Counted from the stretch's first letter, positions 11,386 through 23,665 are shown. The stretch: 64,000 nucleotides of DNA from Nitrospirota bacterium (GCA_963699545.1 CAVOUE010000010.1:96001-160000), one strand, 5' to 3'. Notes: generated from the letters alone by a model not told the origin. Numbers and translations: made by a program.

Positions 11386-12735
11386 ATGAGAAAGATCGTC
11401 CTGTTCACAAAAGATGCCACTCTGAAGAAAGAGCTCTCCGCCGCTCTCCCGGGAGACTATTCCTTCCCCGCTCAGCTGGCCGGACCGCGTTCCATTGTCC
11501 TCTTCGACATCGACACCATGAGGGCCGGCGACATACGGGAAATGAGCGAGAAGCACTTTGTGGTCGCCGTCACAAAACAGAAAAGGACTGACCAGGTCAT
11601 GGAGGCGGCAACCTTCGGCGCCTATGAGACGGTCCATCGCCCCATGGGAAAGGACGTCCTCCTGAGGCTCCTCGATGAACTGCACGATCTGGGAGAGGAG
11701 ACAAGAACCTTTATCGCGGTCGCGCCTCCCTCATCCGCCGCCACGACCTGTGCGATCGTAGGTCATTCGCCGATCATCATGGATACGTGCAAGAAGCTGG
11801 CGCGGCTCTCGCAGGTGGAGGCCCCTGTGCTCATCACAGGAGAGACCGGGACCGGGAAAGAGCTGGTTGCCGAATCCGTTGCGCAGCTTTCCTCCCGCTT
11901 CGGCAAGCCCTTCGTTGTGGTCAATTGCGCGGCGATGCCCGAAACTCTTCTTGAGTCAGAGCTTTTCGGTTTCGAGAAAGGCTCCTTCACCGGGGCTGTT
12001 GCTGCAAAGGAAGGCATGCTCAAAATCGCCAATGAGGGATGTGTGTTCTTTGATGAGGTGGGAGAACTCCCTCTCTCACTCCAGGGAAAACTGCTCCGGT
12101 TTCTCCAGACACAGACCTTTTATCCCATCGGAAGCACGAGGGAACGCCAGGTGAATGTCCGGGTCATATCAGCCACCAACAGGGATCTGCCTGCCATGGT
12201 CAAGGAAGGGAGATTCAGGGAGGACCTCTATCACCGGCTGTCTGTCACCTCGATCCACATCCCTCCCCTGCGGGAGCGTAAGGGAGATATCCTGCCCCTT
12301 GTTCATTTTTTCGTCAACCGTTACCGGAATACCGCTCCCCGGCCGATCAGGGGTATTACGAAGGCATTCCAGAAGAAGCTCCTCTCCCATGACTGGCCGG
12401 GCAATATCAGGGAGCTCGAGAACATCATCCGTTCTGCTATCGCCCTGAGCAAAACGGAATACCTCACCACCCACGAGCTGAAAGAACTGGGAGACCGTTC
12501 CGCCTCCCGGGGCGGGACAGCGGCTTCCGAAACCCTTTCCTCTGCGTTGATCCCTGCCCTGAGGGAAGCCATAGAAAAAAAAGAGAAAGACATTTTTGGA
12601 ACCATTCATCGCGAGGTGGACAGAACTATCCTTGATTATGTGCTGACGTATACGAGGGAAAATCAGTCCCGTGCCGCACGCCTTCTCGGCATAAACCGCC
12701 TTACGCTGAGGAAGAAAATAGGATTACTACGGTAA
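11386..12735 (+). CDS. sigma54-dependent transcriptional activator (degenerate REC, AAA+, Fis HTH)
   Basis: GETGTGKE, ESELFG, GSFTGA, FREDLYHRL, WPGNIREL, NQSRAARLLGI. Confidence 0.93.
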   Translation: MRKIVLFTKDATLKKELSAALPGDYSFPAQLAGPRSIVLFDIDTMRAGDIREMSEKHFVVAVTKQKRTDQVMEAATFGAYETVHRPMGKDVLLRLLDELHDLGEETRTFIAVAPPSSAATTCAIVGHSPIIMDTCKKLARLSQVEAPVLITGETGTGKELVAESVAQLSSRFGKPFVVVNCAAMPETLLESELFGFEKGSFTGAVAAKEGMLKIANEGCVFFDEVGELPLSLQGKLLRFLQTQTFYPIGSTRERQVNVRVISATNRDLPAMVKEGRFREDLYHRLSVTSIHIPPLRERKGDILPLVHFFVNRYRNTAPRPIRGITKAFQKKLLSHDWPGNIRELENIIRSAIALSKTEYLTTHELKELGDRSASRGGTAASETLSSALIPALREAIEKKEKDIFGTIHREVDRTILDYVLTYTRENQSRAARLLGINRLTLRKKIGLLR

Positions 12736-12769
12736 CGGGCAGCAGCTCTCTCCCGTGGCTTTCACCTTT

Positions 12770-13846
12770 TCACCTGTGCTTGTCATCGCGGCCAGGCTCT
12801 CTGAGCAGGTTTTCTAACTGCTCGCGGTACTCGGTCAATGCTTCCTCAGCCCGTTTTTGCTCTGTGACATCATGCCATATGGCTTGAAAGACTTTACGGC
12901 CGAACAGATCCAGTACCCGGGTAATGACGCGAACATCTCTTATCTCTCCGTCTTTGGTTTTATGCTTCACTTCGAATTCGGCGCTGCCCTCACTCAACGA
13001 TTCCCTGATCCTGTCCTGTATCTTTTCCGTACTCTCGGGATTAATATCGAAGAGACGGAGCTTTGCGAACTCCTCTCTTGAATAACCAAGCTCACGGCGA
13101 GCCGTTTCATTGAATTCGATTATTTTCCCCTTGGTATCTATGATCAAAATACCGTAAGGGGACTGCTCGAATATTGCACGGTACCGAAGTTCCGTCTCAC
13201 TCTTCTTCATCAATTTGGTAATGTCTTTTGAAACTACACTTACGGCAGCTGTTGCCCGATCCCGTCCCTGGACCGGACTTAAAGTGCGAAGAAAGTACTT
13301 GGCGTCCCGTTGACTTCTGTGTTCTTGCTGTAATGATTCTCCTCTCTCAAACACCGTATATACTTTTTCGCAAAAGGCTTTTGTCTCTTCTGGTGAATGA
13401 AAGTCACCAAAGGCCCTGCCCACATATTCTTCATCAAAGACAAAGCCTAACCTCGATCGATGCTTTGCGTTCAGGAATAAGTACTCGCAATTCCTATTGA
13501 CCAGGTATATTGAATCATCGGTAGCCTCTACAAGGGAACGAAACTTGGCCTCGCTCTCCTGCAGTGCTTCCTCGGACCTGTTAAGGCCTTTGATGTAAGA
13601 TGTCAACGGTTCATAAACAAGAAAATACATTACCGGGAAAAGTATAATTACCATCAGCCCCGCATTCAAGAGTGAAAACTTAATGTCGATGGACAAAGGA
13701 GAGAAAATCGATAAAAAGAGATTAACAAAAGTCGACGACGCGAATATTGAGGCTATGATCACAATGAGAAGACTGATCGGACGAACAAACATCCCTCTGG
13801 ACTTTCTGCTATCTTTCTTCATTTCAATATGTGCGCTAATTCGCAA
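12770..13846 (-). CDS. Membrane-anchored double-PAS protein with no output domain
   Basis: Two N-terminal TM helices; FRSLVEATDDSIY and YRAIFEQSPYGILII PAS starts; DVTEQKRAEEAL linker followed by a stop; start codon uncertain. Confidence 0.75.
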   Translation of the reverse strand: MRISAHIEMKKDSRKSRGMFVRPISLLIVIIASIFASSTFVNLFLSIFSPLSIDIKFSLLNAGLMVIILFPVMYFLVYEPLTSYIKGLNRSEEALQESEAKFRSLVEATDDSIYLVNRNCEYLFLNAKHRSRLGFVFDEEYVGRAFGDFHSPEETKAFCEKVYTVFERGESLQQEHRSQRDAKYFLRTLSPVQGRDRATAAVSVVSKDITKLMKKSETELRYRAIFEQSPYGILIIDTKGKIIEFNETARRELGYSREEFAKLRLFDINPESTEKIQDRIRESLSEGSAEFEVKHKTKDGEIRDVRVITRVLDLFGRKVFQAIWHDVTEQKRAEEALTEYREQLENLLREPGRDDKHR

Positions 13847-14024
13847 TAGTATACCATGCAGGCCTTAAGGCAAATACAAACAGATATGTAACCTTCAGTT
13901 CAACAGGCTTTAGGTCGTGCACTCCATAGAGTTCTGACCGAAACACGCACCACGCAAATGTCGCTATTGCTGTTTATTTGCCTTCTATTTCAGGAAGTTA
14001 ACCCTTTTGGCAGCAGAGTGAAAT

Positions 14025-14181
14025 AAAAAAGTGGTGCTTGCTTCTTCTCATCTCTCAGCAGTTTGTACAGTTTGAGACATACAGCTTAAGACTCTTACGT
14101 CCTACAACCTACGTCTTGCTACTTTACATCCTTTCGCTGAGCTGAGAAGAGCAAGACCACCACTTTGGTGAGCCACTCTTT
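14025..14181 (-). ncRNA. Candidate small RNA (~155 nt) with a long closing stem and a U6 end
   Basis: Near-consensus promoter upstream; ~30-nt imperfect inverted repeat (14028-14059 vs 14136-14166); T-run at the 3' end; no convincing ORF. Confidence 0.5.
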
Positions 14182-14187
14182 AATTTA

Positions 14188-14216
14188 CTTATACGCCTAA
14201 TCAGACCGGTTGTCAA
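14188..14216 (-). promoter_or_regulatory. sigma70 promoter TTGACA-N17-TATAAG
   Basis: -35 at 14216-14211, -10 at 14193-14188, A-tract (UP-element-like) upstream. Confidence 0.75.
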
Positions 14217-14299
14217 GTCTTTTTTTTGAGGTGTCCGGTGGCAAGGAAATAATGGCGGCATGGTAAGGCAGGAGTTTGAGCCGGAGAGGTATGAACCCC

Positions 14300-14710
14300 C
14301 TATTTTGAACCCTTTTTCTCCGCTACCTGCACCCTGATGGTCGACCTTTCGATGGCTGCTGTCGCCCTGGCAAAATCTATCTTTTCGGCCTGCTTCAGCC
14401 TCTCTTCCGCCCTCTTCATGGCTGCCTTGGCCCTTTCCACATCAATATCTTCAGCCCTTTCGGCACTGTCCGCAAGGATTGTGGCTTTCTCCTGACTCAC
14501 CTCTGCGTACCCCCCGCTCACGAAGAAAAAACCCACCTCGGCGCCCTTCTTGTAGGCAAGCATTCCGACCTTCAGGGCGGTGAGGAACGGCGCATGCCCC
14601 GGCAACACACCGAACTCCCCCTCGCTCCCGGTGGCGGTGAACTCATCCACGTCATCGCCGAACACAAGGCCATAAGGCGTAACTATGTCTAACCTCAGTT
14701 TATCTTCCAT
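14300..14710 (-). CDS. atpC: ATP synthase F1 epsilon subunit
   Basis: [21 protein letters not shown]. Confidence 0.96.
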   Translation of the reverse strand: MEDKLRLDIVTPYGLVFGDDVDEFTATGSEGEFGVLPGHAPFLTALKVGMLAYKKGAEVGFFFVSGGYAEVSQEKATILADSAERAEDIDVERAKAAMKRAEERLKQAEKIDFARATAAIERSTIRVQVAEKKGSK

Positions 14711-14751
14711 TCAATCAACTCCGCACGGTTGTCCGCTTAACAACCCGGTCG

Positions 14752-16197
<1,446 letters not shown>

Positions 16198-16252
16198 TCA
16201 TAGCGCCAAAGTATCGAAGCATGTGCTCGAACTCCTGATACTCTGACACGTA

Positions 16253-17119
16253 CTATTTTAACGCTTCCACACCGCCGACTATGTCCATGAGCTCTTTGGT
16301 GATGGACGCCTGTCTTGCCTTGTTATACTGAAGTGTCAGATTGCCGACCATGTCATCCGCGTTCTTCGTGGCGTTCCCCATTGCGGTCATCCTGGCCGCC
16401 TCTTCCGAAGCCGTGGACTCCAGGAGCGCCCTGAAGATCTGGATCTCAACGTTCTTCGGCAGGAGTGCACTGAATATCTCCTCCTGGGAAGGCTCATAGA
16501 GGAAGTCCTTCGCCGGCTCATCCTCTCCTTCGGCCTCAGGGGATACCAGCGGGAGGAGTCTTTTCACGGTGACCTGCTGGGAGACAACCGATATGAACTC
16601 GTTGTAGATGAGCAATACCTCGTCCGCAGCCTCGCTGATATAGCTCTCGATGATATTAGCGGCGATTTCCTGGGCGTGGGCATAGGTCACCCTCCCGGAA
16701 AGCCCCGTCCATGACCCCCGCACCGGGATGTTCCTCCTCTTGCAAAAATCAACGGCCTTTTTACCGATAACGCTCAAGACCGCTTCAAAATTGTCCGCCC
16801 TCAAATCGGCAACGAGTTTGTGAGCGGTCTTCACGAGGTTCGAATTGAATGCGCCGCAGAGGCCCCTGTCACTGGTAACAACCAGTATCTCGATGGTCTT
16901 CCTCGGCCTGAATGCCAACAGGGGATGCGCCGCGCTTTCCGCACCGACTGCCAGGCTCGTGAGGACGGCATGCATCTTGTCCGCATACGGCCTCATCTCG
17001 AGCATCCTCGTCTGCGACTTCCTCAGTTTCGCGGCCGCCACCATCTTCATGGCCTTGGTGATCTGGCGTGTGTTGTTGACCGCCCTTATCCGTCTCTTGA
17101 TATCCCTTAGTGTCGGCAT
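16253..17119 (-). CDS. atpG: ATP synthase F1 gamma subunit
   Basis: ITKAMKMVAAAK, DRGLCGAFN, RQASITKEL. Confidence 0.98.
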   Translation of the reverse strand: MPTLRDIKRRIRAVNNTRQITKAMKMVAAAKLRKSQTRMLEMRPYADKMHAVLTSLAVGAESAAHPLLAFRPRKTIEILVVTSDRGLCGAFNSNLVKTAHKLVADLRADNFEAVLSVIGKKAVDFCKRRNIPVRGSWTGLSGRVTYAHAQEIAANIIESYISEAADEVLLIYNEFISVVSQQVTVKRLLPLVSPEAEGEDEPAKDFLYEPSQEEIFSALLPKNVEIQIFRALLESTASEEAARMTAMGNATKNADDMVGNLTLQYNKARQASITKELMDIVGGVEALK

Positions 17120-17146
17120 TCAATCACCGCTCATCCTGCATCTGCA

Positions 17147-18655
17147 TTACGCAGTGAACCCTTTCTTGAATTCTTCAACAGCGCTGACGACCTTCGCCTT
17201 CAGGGCGTCATCAATGATCTTCTTTTCCCTGAGTTCCGCCCTGATCGCCTCCCTGTTATCCCGTATGAACCTGAGGAGCCCGTCTTCAAATTTGCCGACG
17301 GCCTCCACGGGAACGTCGTCAAGATATCCGTTGGCCCCTGCGAATAAGACTATGACCTGTTCCTCAAAAGGCAGGGGTGAATACTGGCCCTGTTTCAGGA
17401 GTTCCACCATCCGCTTGCCCCGCTCGATCTGTGCAAGGGTCGATTTGTCGAGGTCTGAGCCGAACTGGGCAAAGGCGGCAAGCTCTCTGAACTGGGCAAG
17501 GTCAAGCCGCAAGGTTCCTGCAACCTGTTTCATCGCCTTGGTCTGGGCAGCGCCGCCGACACGGCTCACCGACAGACCAACGTTGACCGCAGGCCGCACA
17601 CCGGCATAGAAGAGTTCCGGCTCAAGGTATATCTGACCGTCGGTGATGGAGATAACGTTCGTCGGGATATACCCTGACACGTCGCCTGCCTGCGTCTCGA
17701 TGATAGGCAGTGCAGTAAGGGACCCGCCGCCAAGTTCCTTCGAAAGTTTCGCGGACCTCTCGAGAAGCCTCGAATGGAGATAGAAGACATCGCCGGGATA
17801 CGCCTCACGTCCGGGGGGACGCCTGAGAAGCAGGGAAAGCTGCCGGTATGACGTAGCCTGTTTGCTGAGGTCATCATAGACGATCAGCGCATGCTTCCCG
17901 CTGTCCCTGAAATATTCGCCGATGGCGCACCCGGTAAAAGGAGCGATGAACTGGAGAGGGGCGGGTTCACTGGCGGTGGCGGAAACCACGATGGTATGGT
18001 TCATGGCCCCGTTATCCTCAAGAATCTTCACCATGCGGGCAACGTTGGAGCGCTTCTGGCCCACTGCAACGTAGATGCAGATTACATCTCCGCCCTTCTG
18101 GTTGATGATGGCATCGATCCCGATGGCGGTCTTGCCGGTCTGCCGATCGCCGATGATAAGTTCTCTCTGGCCCCTTCCGATGGGGATCATGGAATCGATG
18201 GCCTTAAGCCCCGTCTGAAGGGGTTCTCTCACAGGCTGCCGGTCAACGATACCCGGCGCCACGATATCCACCATCTTTGTTTCGGTGGCCTTTATCGGAC
18301 CTTTTCCGTCAATAGCCTGTCCTATGGCATTCACCACTCTGCCGATGATCGCATCACCCACCGGCACGGACATGATCCTCCCGGTGCGTTTCACAATATC
18401 CCCCTCTTTGATGAGGGAGTCTTCACCGAAAAGAACAGCGCCCACCATGTCTTCTTCCAGGTTCAGGGCCATACCGTACACGCTGTTGGGGAATTCGAGG
18501 AGCTCGGAGGCCATACACTTTTCGAGGCCGTAGACCCTGGCGATACCGTCTCCCACCGATATCACCGAACCGATCTCGCTGACATCCACTTTCTTTTCAA
18601 AGTCCGTTATCTGCTTCCTTAACAGTTCACTTATCTCCGCGACATTAATCTCCAT
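17147..18655 (-). CDS. atpA: ATP synthase F1 alpha subunit
   Basis: [29 protein letters not shown]. Confidence 0.98.
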   Translation of the reverse strand: MEINVAEISELLRKQITDFEKKVDVSEIGSVISVGDGIARVYGLEKCMASELLEFPNSVYGMALNLEEDMVGAVLFGEDSLIKEGDIVKRTGRIMSVPVGDAIIGRVVNAIGQAIDGKGPIKATETKMVDIVAPGIVDRQPVREPLQTGLKAIDSMIPIGRGQRELIIGDRQTGKTAIGIDAIINQKGGDVICIYVAVGQKRSNVARMVKILEDNGAMNHTIVVSATASEPAPLQFIAPFTGCAIGEYFRDSGKHALIVYDDLSKQATSYRQLSLLLRRPPGREAYPGDVFYLHSRLLERSAKLSKELGGGSLTALPIIETQAGDVSGYIPTNVISITDGQIYLEPELFYAGVRPAVNVGLSVSRVGGAAQTKAMKQVAGTLRLDLAQFRELAAFAQFGSDLDKSTLAQIERGKRMVELLKQGQYSPLPFEEQVIVLFAGANGYLDDVPVEAVGKFEDGLLRFIRDNREAIRAELREKKIIDDALKAKVVSAVEEFKKGFTA

Positions 18656-18659
18656 GGAA

Positions 18660-19199
18660 TCACCCCTTTATAAGATCATCTTTTAAGAGCCTCAACTGGC
18701 CTTTTATGCTGCTGTCATACATTGTGCTCCCCACCTTCACCATGATTCCTCCAAGAAGGGAGGGATCCACCACATATTCGATGTCAATCTCTTTACCGGT
18801 CAGTTTCTTCAGCGAAGCCTTCAGGGCTTCGTCATATTTCCTGTTTGTATCGATAGGGGTCACCACTGTCGCCTTCGCCCTTTTCTTCTTTTCAAGGTAC
18901 GCTGCGGTTATAAGGCTGATGAGCTCGGAGAGCGAAGGGATGACCATCTGCTCGGACAGAAAAAGGATAAACTTCACCGTGCTGTCTGAGAGGTTCAGCC
19001 GGGACGATACCTGTTTCATCACTTTTTCCCGCTCCTCCCTGCTAAAGTGGGGGTTTTCCAGTAACCCTCTGAACTCTTTGCTCTTCTCCATGACAGCGTT
19101 TACTGCAATGAGTTCATCAAGCGCCTTTGGCACGGCATCAACGCCCACAGTATTGAAGAACATCTTTGCATATCGTTTCACTGCCTGCTGCCGCTTCAA
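18660..19199 (-). CDS. atpH: ATP synthase F1 delta subunit
   Basis: KRYAK and DPSLLGG...DSSIKGQL; operon position. Confidence 0.93.
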   Translation of the reverse strand: MKRQQAVKRYAKMFFNTVGVDAVPKALDELIAVNAVMEKSKEFRGLLENPHFSREEREKVMKQVSSRLNLSDSTVKFILFLSEQMVIPSLSELISLITAAYLEKKKRAKATVVTPIDTNRKYDEALKASLKKLTGKEIDIEYVVDPSLLGGIMVKVGSTMYDSSIKGQLRLLKDDLIKG

Positions 19200-19837
19200 T
19201 TCTTCGTCTCCATCCTCTTGACGGATTCTTCGATAAGCCTGACCTGCTCTTCTCTGGTAAGCTTCTCCTTCAATTTCTTTTCGGCCAGCTCCATGGCGAT
19301 CTCCACAGCCTCTGCCTTTATCGCTTCCCTGGCAAGCCTCAGCTCGTAATCGATATTGTTCCTGGCCTGCTCAAGGATTTTTGCCTTCATCTGCTCCCCC
19401 TGCTGGACGAGAAGGGTCTGTTCCTTCTCAGCCGAAAGCCGTGTGCGGGAGAGGATCTCTTCCATTTCCTTGTCCTTGAGTTTCAGTCTCTCCTCAACCT
19501 CGGCAAGCGCCTTCTCCGCAAGCTCCTTCGCCTCCCTGGCCTCCTTGAGGGTCTTTTCGATGATTTCAGTCCTCTTCCGCAGAAATTCTTTGAGTGGCTT
19601 ATTCATGAAATAGACGAGGACAGCCACAAGAATCGCGAAATTGAGTATCTTCCAGCGATATTCTTCCCATAGTCCCCCGTGGGCAGCCTCTTCGGCGCCG
19701 AAGGCGAACGCTACCAACGCAAAATGAAAAATGCAAAATACAACAATGAACAACGAGCGATGGGCGATGAGCGACGAGGTCCTTTTCCCGATTTCTTTAC
19801 TGATGGCTGATAGCTGTTCGCTTTTCACTGTCTTCAC
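19196..19837 (-). CDS. atpF: ATP synthase F0 subunit b with N-terminal extension
   Basis: WKILNFAIL TM helix plus coiled coil; operon position. Confidence 0.9.
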   Translation of the reverse strand: MKTVKSEQLSAISKEIGKRTSSLIAHRSLFIVVFCIFHFALVAFAFGAEEAAHGGLWEEYRWKILNFAILVAVLVYFMNKPLKEFLRKRTEIIEKTLKEAREAKELAEKALAEVEERLKLKDKEMEEILSRTRLSAEKEQTLLVQQGEQMKAKILEQARNNIDYELRLAREAIKAEAVEIAMELAEKKLKEKLTREEQVRLIEESVKRMETKN

Positions 19838-20253
19838 GCTCCCACCAGCTTTTTCACGATCTCGTCTGAGAATTTCTCGACATCCGAGCGAAGTTTCTGC
19901 CGGGCATTGTCAGCCTCCGTCTTTAATTCCGCCTTTGCCCTCTGGATGTGTTCGTGAGCCTGCTTGTTGGCACTTTCCAGGATCTCCTTCTGGCGCAGCA
20001 GCCCTTCTTTCCTTGAGGCTTCAAATATCTCATTGGACTTGTTTGCCGCTTCCTTGAGTTCACGGCTCACGGTCGCCAGGGCATCCTCTTTTCTTTGGTT
20101 CATCTCCCTGGCCGCATCCAGGGACCCCTTGATCGAATCTTCCCTTTCAGTGAAGAGTTTCACGAGAGGTTTGAACAGGATTATGTTGAGGACATAGAGC
20201 AGGACAAGAAAATTCAGGAGCAAGACAAAAAACCATTTGTTGAGCTCTAACAT
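19834..20253 (-). CDS. ATP synthase F0 subunit b'
   Basis: LNFLVLLYVLNIILFKPL TM helix plus coiled coil; first gene of the atp operon (atpB/atpE are not in this cluster). Confidence 0.88.
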   Translation of the reverse strand: MLELNKWFFVLLLNFLVLLYVLNIILFKPLVKLFTEREDSIKGSLDAAREMNQRKEDALATVSRELKEAANKSNEIFEASRKEGLLRQKEILESANKQAHEHIQRAKAELKTEADNARQKLRSDVEKFSDEIVKKLVGA

Positions 20254-20469
20254 CTCGGCTTTTCCCTCCTTGAAAGTGTGAGCCTAAGCAGGTTATCACA
20301 TGAGCAAAAACCTTGTCAAGGAGCATTTCTGCAGGAAAGTGATCATGATGCATTCTCCGCTGCATCCGCAAACCCCTTCCAATGGCCGCTTTCTGAAATT
20401 ATAAACAGAACATAACTGCTGATTAAAAACTTTAATGAAACTTGTGCTAGCATATTGAAGGAAAAAGCG

Positions 20470-21639
20470 ATGTTCTCTCAAAGGCTTCAGGAATTCTACC
20501 AGCAGGGGCTCAACCGCCTCATAAAAGACCGCTCTTCCGTGCAAAGTGCGAAGATATGTCTTGACGGCAGAGAACTGATCAATTTTGCCTCCAATGATTA
20601 TCTCGGTCTTGCAAACCATCCGGAGATCGTAAGGGCTGCCGCGGAGTCCATGAAGGAATTCGGTTTCGGCAGCGGCGCGTCACGACTGCTGGGGGGCGGG
20701 AGCATCCTTCACAGGGATCTGGAAAGGAAGATAGCGCAGTTCAAGGGCACAGAAGCTGCGCTGACCTTCAACAGCGGTTATGCCGCCAATACAGGGATGA
20801 TCCCTGCCCTGGTTGGAGAAGGGGATATAGTTTTGAGCGACGAGTTGAATCATGCCAGCATCATAGATGGCTGTAGATTGAGCCGCGCCAGGACGCTGCT
20901 CTATAAGCACAGGGACGTAAACCATCTGGAGAAGTTGATGAAGGGATCTCCGATGGCCAAAGGAGGGAGACGTATCATCGTGACCGACACCGTCTTCAGC
21001 ATGGACGGCGACATTGCTCCGGTAAGAGAAATATATGACCTTTGTCTTTCTTTAAACTCCGAACTCGCAACTCCGAACTCCGTACTTCTCTATCTGGACG
21101 ACGCCCACGGGACAGGTGTCCTGGGAAACGGGAAAGGTGCGCTCGCGCATTTCGGCATCGAACCTGAGCCGTGGATCATCCAGATGGGAACATGCTCTAA
21201 AGCCCTGGGCTCCCTCGGCGCCTTTATCGCAGGCAGCAGGCATGTCATCGAATGGGCGATCAATACGGCGAGAAGTTTCATCTTTTCTACCACGATCCCG
21301 GCATGTGCTGTTGCCGCTTCTCTCAAAGCATTGGAGCTCATCGAGCAGAGACCCGAAATGATCCGGAAACTGTGGAGGAATCGCACAATACTGGTTGAAG
21401 CTCTAAGGGAAATGGGCTTCGACTTAGGAAAGACTGAAACTCCCATCATCCCTTTGAAGATGACAAGCGTCGAGGACGCATTGAACCTTTCGCGCTCTTT
21501 ATACGAGAAAGGTATCTATGCACCCGCCATACGCCCGCCCACAGTGAAGCAACCGAGGGTGAGGATCACGGTCACAGCAGCACATTCAGAGGAGGACATC
21601 CGGGCACTTGTGGAGACACTGGAAAGCGTTCAGGGATGA
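20470..21639 (+). CDS. bioF: 8-amino-7-oxononanoate synthase
   Basis: NFASNDYLGL, GSGASRL, NHASIIDG, DDAHG, TCSKALG, AIRPPTV. Confidence 0.93.
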   Translation: MFSQRLQEFYQQGLNRLIKDRSSVQSAKICLDGRELINFASNDYLGLANHPEIVRAAAESMKEFGFGSGASRLLGGGSILHRDLERKIAQFKGTEAALTFNSGYAANTGMIPALVGEGDIVLSDELNHASIIDGCRLSRARTLLYKHRDVNHLEKLMKGSPMAKGGRRIIVTDTVFSMDGDIAPVREIYDLCLSLNSELATPNSVLLYLDDAHGTGVLGNGKGALAHFGIEPEPWIIQMGTCSKALGSLGAFIAGSRHVIEWAINTARSFIFSTTIPACAVAASLKALELIEQRPEMIRKLWRNRTILVEALREMGFDLGKTETPIIPLKMTSVEDALNLSRSLYEKGIYAPAIRPPTVKQPRVRITVTAAHSEEDIRALVETLESVQG

Positions 21640-21731
21640 TTCCATCAATTGCGGATTCTTTCCTGTGAGAGCTGTAGACCAAGCGTTCTATGGAACAACT
21701 CACTTCCCTCCTTGCGCGTATTTCATAATAA

Positions 21732-21759
21732 AGCAGGCGAGTCAAAAGCCTCGCCTGCT
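21732..21759 (-). terminator. Intrinsic terminator hairpin downstream of ccp
   Basis: AGCAGGCGAG/CTCGCCTGCT 10-bp stem followed by TTATT on the minus strand. Confidence 0.55.
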
Positions 21760-21833
21760 CATGACGACTGATAAGCTCATTGATGGATCTCTAACCGTCC
21801 ATGATACTCCTGCTCTTCTCACTCACCGGCTGT

Positions 21834-22877
21834 TTAATCCAGTTTAGGTTTCGGAGTCTGATCGGTTGGGACCGGCAAAATCGGGTATTCGACTTTCGGT
21901 TGGATACCGGTGGTCGCCTTTAAGAATCCGACGATCTTGTTCGCCTCGCCTTCGGCGATCGTTGCGCCTAATTGGGCAGATCCCATGACCTGCACCGCCT
22001 CTTTGAGACTCCACACCTTGCCTGAATGAAAATATGGCGGCGTCAGCTCTATGTTCCTGAGGGACGGTGACTTAAAGACATGTTCATCCCCCTTAGTCCC
22101 GGTTACTTTGAACCGGCCCATATCTCCGGCCATGATCTCCTCTTTCGGTTTTTCCACTACACCAAAGGGGAAGTATCCGGTCCCGCCCATATTTAAGCCG
22201 GAATGACAGACAGCGCAACCCTTATCCATGAAGAGCTTGAGGCCCTCTTTCTCAGTGACATTGAGGGCATTACCGTCTCCCTTGAGATACCTGTCAAATC
22301 GTGAACCGGGTGTAATAAGAGTAGCCTCAAATGCTTCTATAGCGTCCGCCATGTTGTCAAATGTCACAGGATCTTTATCGGATGGGAAGACCTTTCCAAA
22401 CATAGCCACATATTCAGGCATGCTTTTCACCGCCTTGATTACCAGCTCAGGCGTGTTGTTCATTTCAACAGATGCCTGAACCGGCCCCTTTGCCTGCTGT
22501 TTCAGATCCTCTGCCCTTCCATCCCAGAACTGCGCGATGTTAAAGACAGAGTTCAGCACGGTGGGCGCATTCCTCGGGCCTTTTTGCCAGCGGTGGCCTA
22601 CTGAGGTCTCCTGGAAGTCAGCGCCGCCCATCCCCACATTGTGGCAGGTGTTGCAGCTTATGAGGGCGCTCGCAGAGAGTCTTGGCTCAAAATAGAGCAT
22701 CTTGCCCAATTCCACTTTCACAGGTGCAAAGGATTTCCCTTTTACCGTCGGCACGTTCTCCGGAAGCGGTTTGAACATGCCCTGAGCCCTTTTCATCACA
22801 TCGTCTTGAGCAAGAACGGTGGACGCCATAAACATCAGCAAAACCATCGCGAGCGCGACGAATCTTATTGTTTTCAT
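21834..22877 (-). CDS. ccp: Di-heme cytochrome c peroxidase
   Basis: Signal peptide; CNTCH and CAVCH heme sites; RNAPTV, FWDGRA, FKSPSLRNI. Confidence 0.93.
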   Translation of the reverse strand: MKTIRFVALAMVLLMFMASTVLAQDDVMKRAQGMFKPLPENVPTVKGKSFAPVKVELGKMLYFEPRLSASALISCNTCHNVGMGGADFQETSVGHRWQKGPRNAPTVLNSVFNIAQFWDGRAEDLKQQAKGPVQASVEMNNTPELVIKAVKSMPEYVAMFGKVFPSDKDPVTFDNMADAIEAFEATLITPGSRFDRYLKGDGNALNVTEKEGLKLFMDKGCAVCHSGLNMGGTGYFPFGVVEKPKEEIMAGDMGRFKVTGTKGDEHVFKSPSLRNIELTPPYFHSGKVWSLKEAVQVMGSAQLGATIAEGEANKIVGFLKATTGIQPKVEYPILPVPTDQTPKPKLD

Positions 22878-22970
22878 GTCATTCCCTCCTTCAGATTCAT
22901 AATCAGCAACGAGGTCATTACGCGTCGTTTCCCCTCTTCCTCCCTGGCATGTCCCAACGGAAGAAGCGCG

Positions 22971-23443
22971 TTATTTTTCTTGCACCTGCGTCGTCAAAAA
23001 AATAGGCAGCGTCATATGGGAAATCTGGTCCTGGAGTTCCTCGATTTCGTCGATATGCCCGTCCTCGTCATTCAGGATATGTTCGAGAATTTCCGGGTCG
23101 CGAAGTCGTTAACTTCGCCCGCCAGTTTTATTGCTGCATTGTACGCCGCGATAGCTCCTTCTTCAGCGGCATGGTCATTGGCGACCTGTTTGGGAATGTC
23201 GCTGCCGATGTGTATCCCCTTCAGATTTGATACGATAGGAATGCCTTCGAGAAAAAGTATTCTCCCGATGAGTTTCTCAGCGTGCTTCATCTCGACAATG
23301 GCTCGCTTTTCAATATGTTTGTGCAGTTTCTCATAGCCCCAGCCGGCGCATATCTCGGAGTGCACCATGTACTGGTTGATTGCGCTAAGTTCGTCAGCAA
23401 GAAGTGAATTTAAAGCCTCGACAAGTTTCGGATTTCCTTTCAT
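22971..23443 (-). CDS. bfr: Bacterioferritin (frameshift near 23095)
   Basis: MKG...ELSAINQY, EMKHAEKLI; continues EILEHILNDEDGHID in another frame. Confidence 0.9.
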
Positions 23444-23665
23444 CTTACAAAACCTCCTTTTCAGATATTATTATGTTCGACTTGACCGTTGATATTGTAT
23501 CATGTTTTCGGCTGTACCTTCGTCAGTTGCGTCTATCCTTATCCACCCCTCCGGCCGCTGCGGTTGCCTCACCGAAAGTCAAGGCTTCCAGGCATGAGGC
23601 AACGACAGTTTTTTTTGGCTGCTCCCTCCCCGATAAAGGGAGGGAGTCCGTTGAATGAATCGTTC

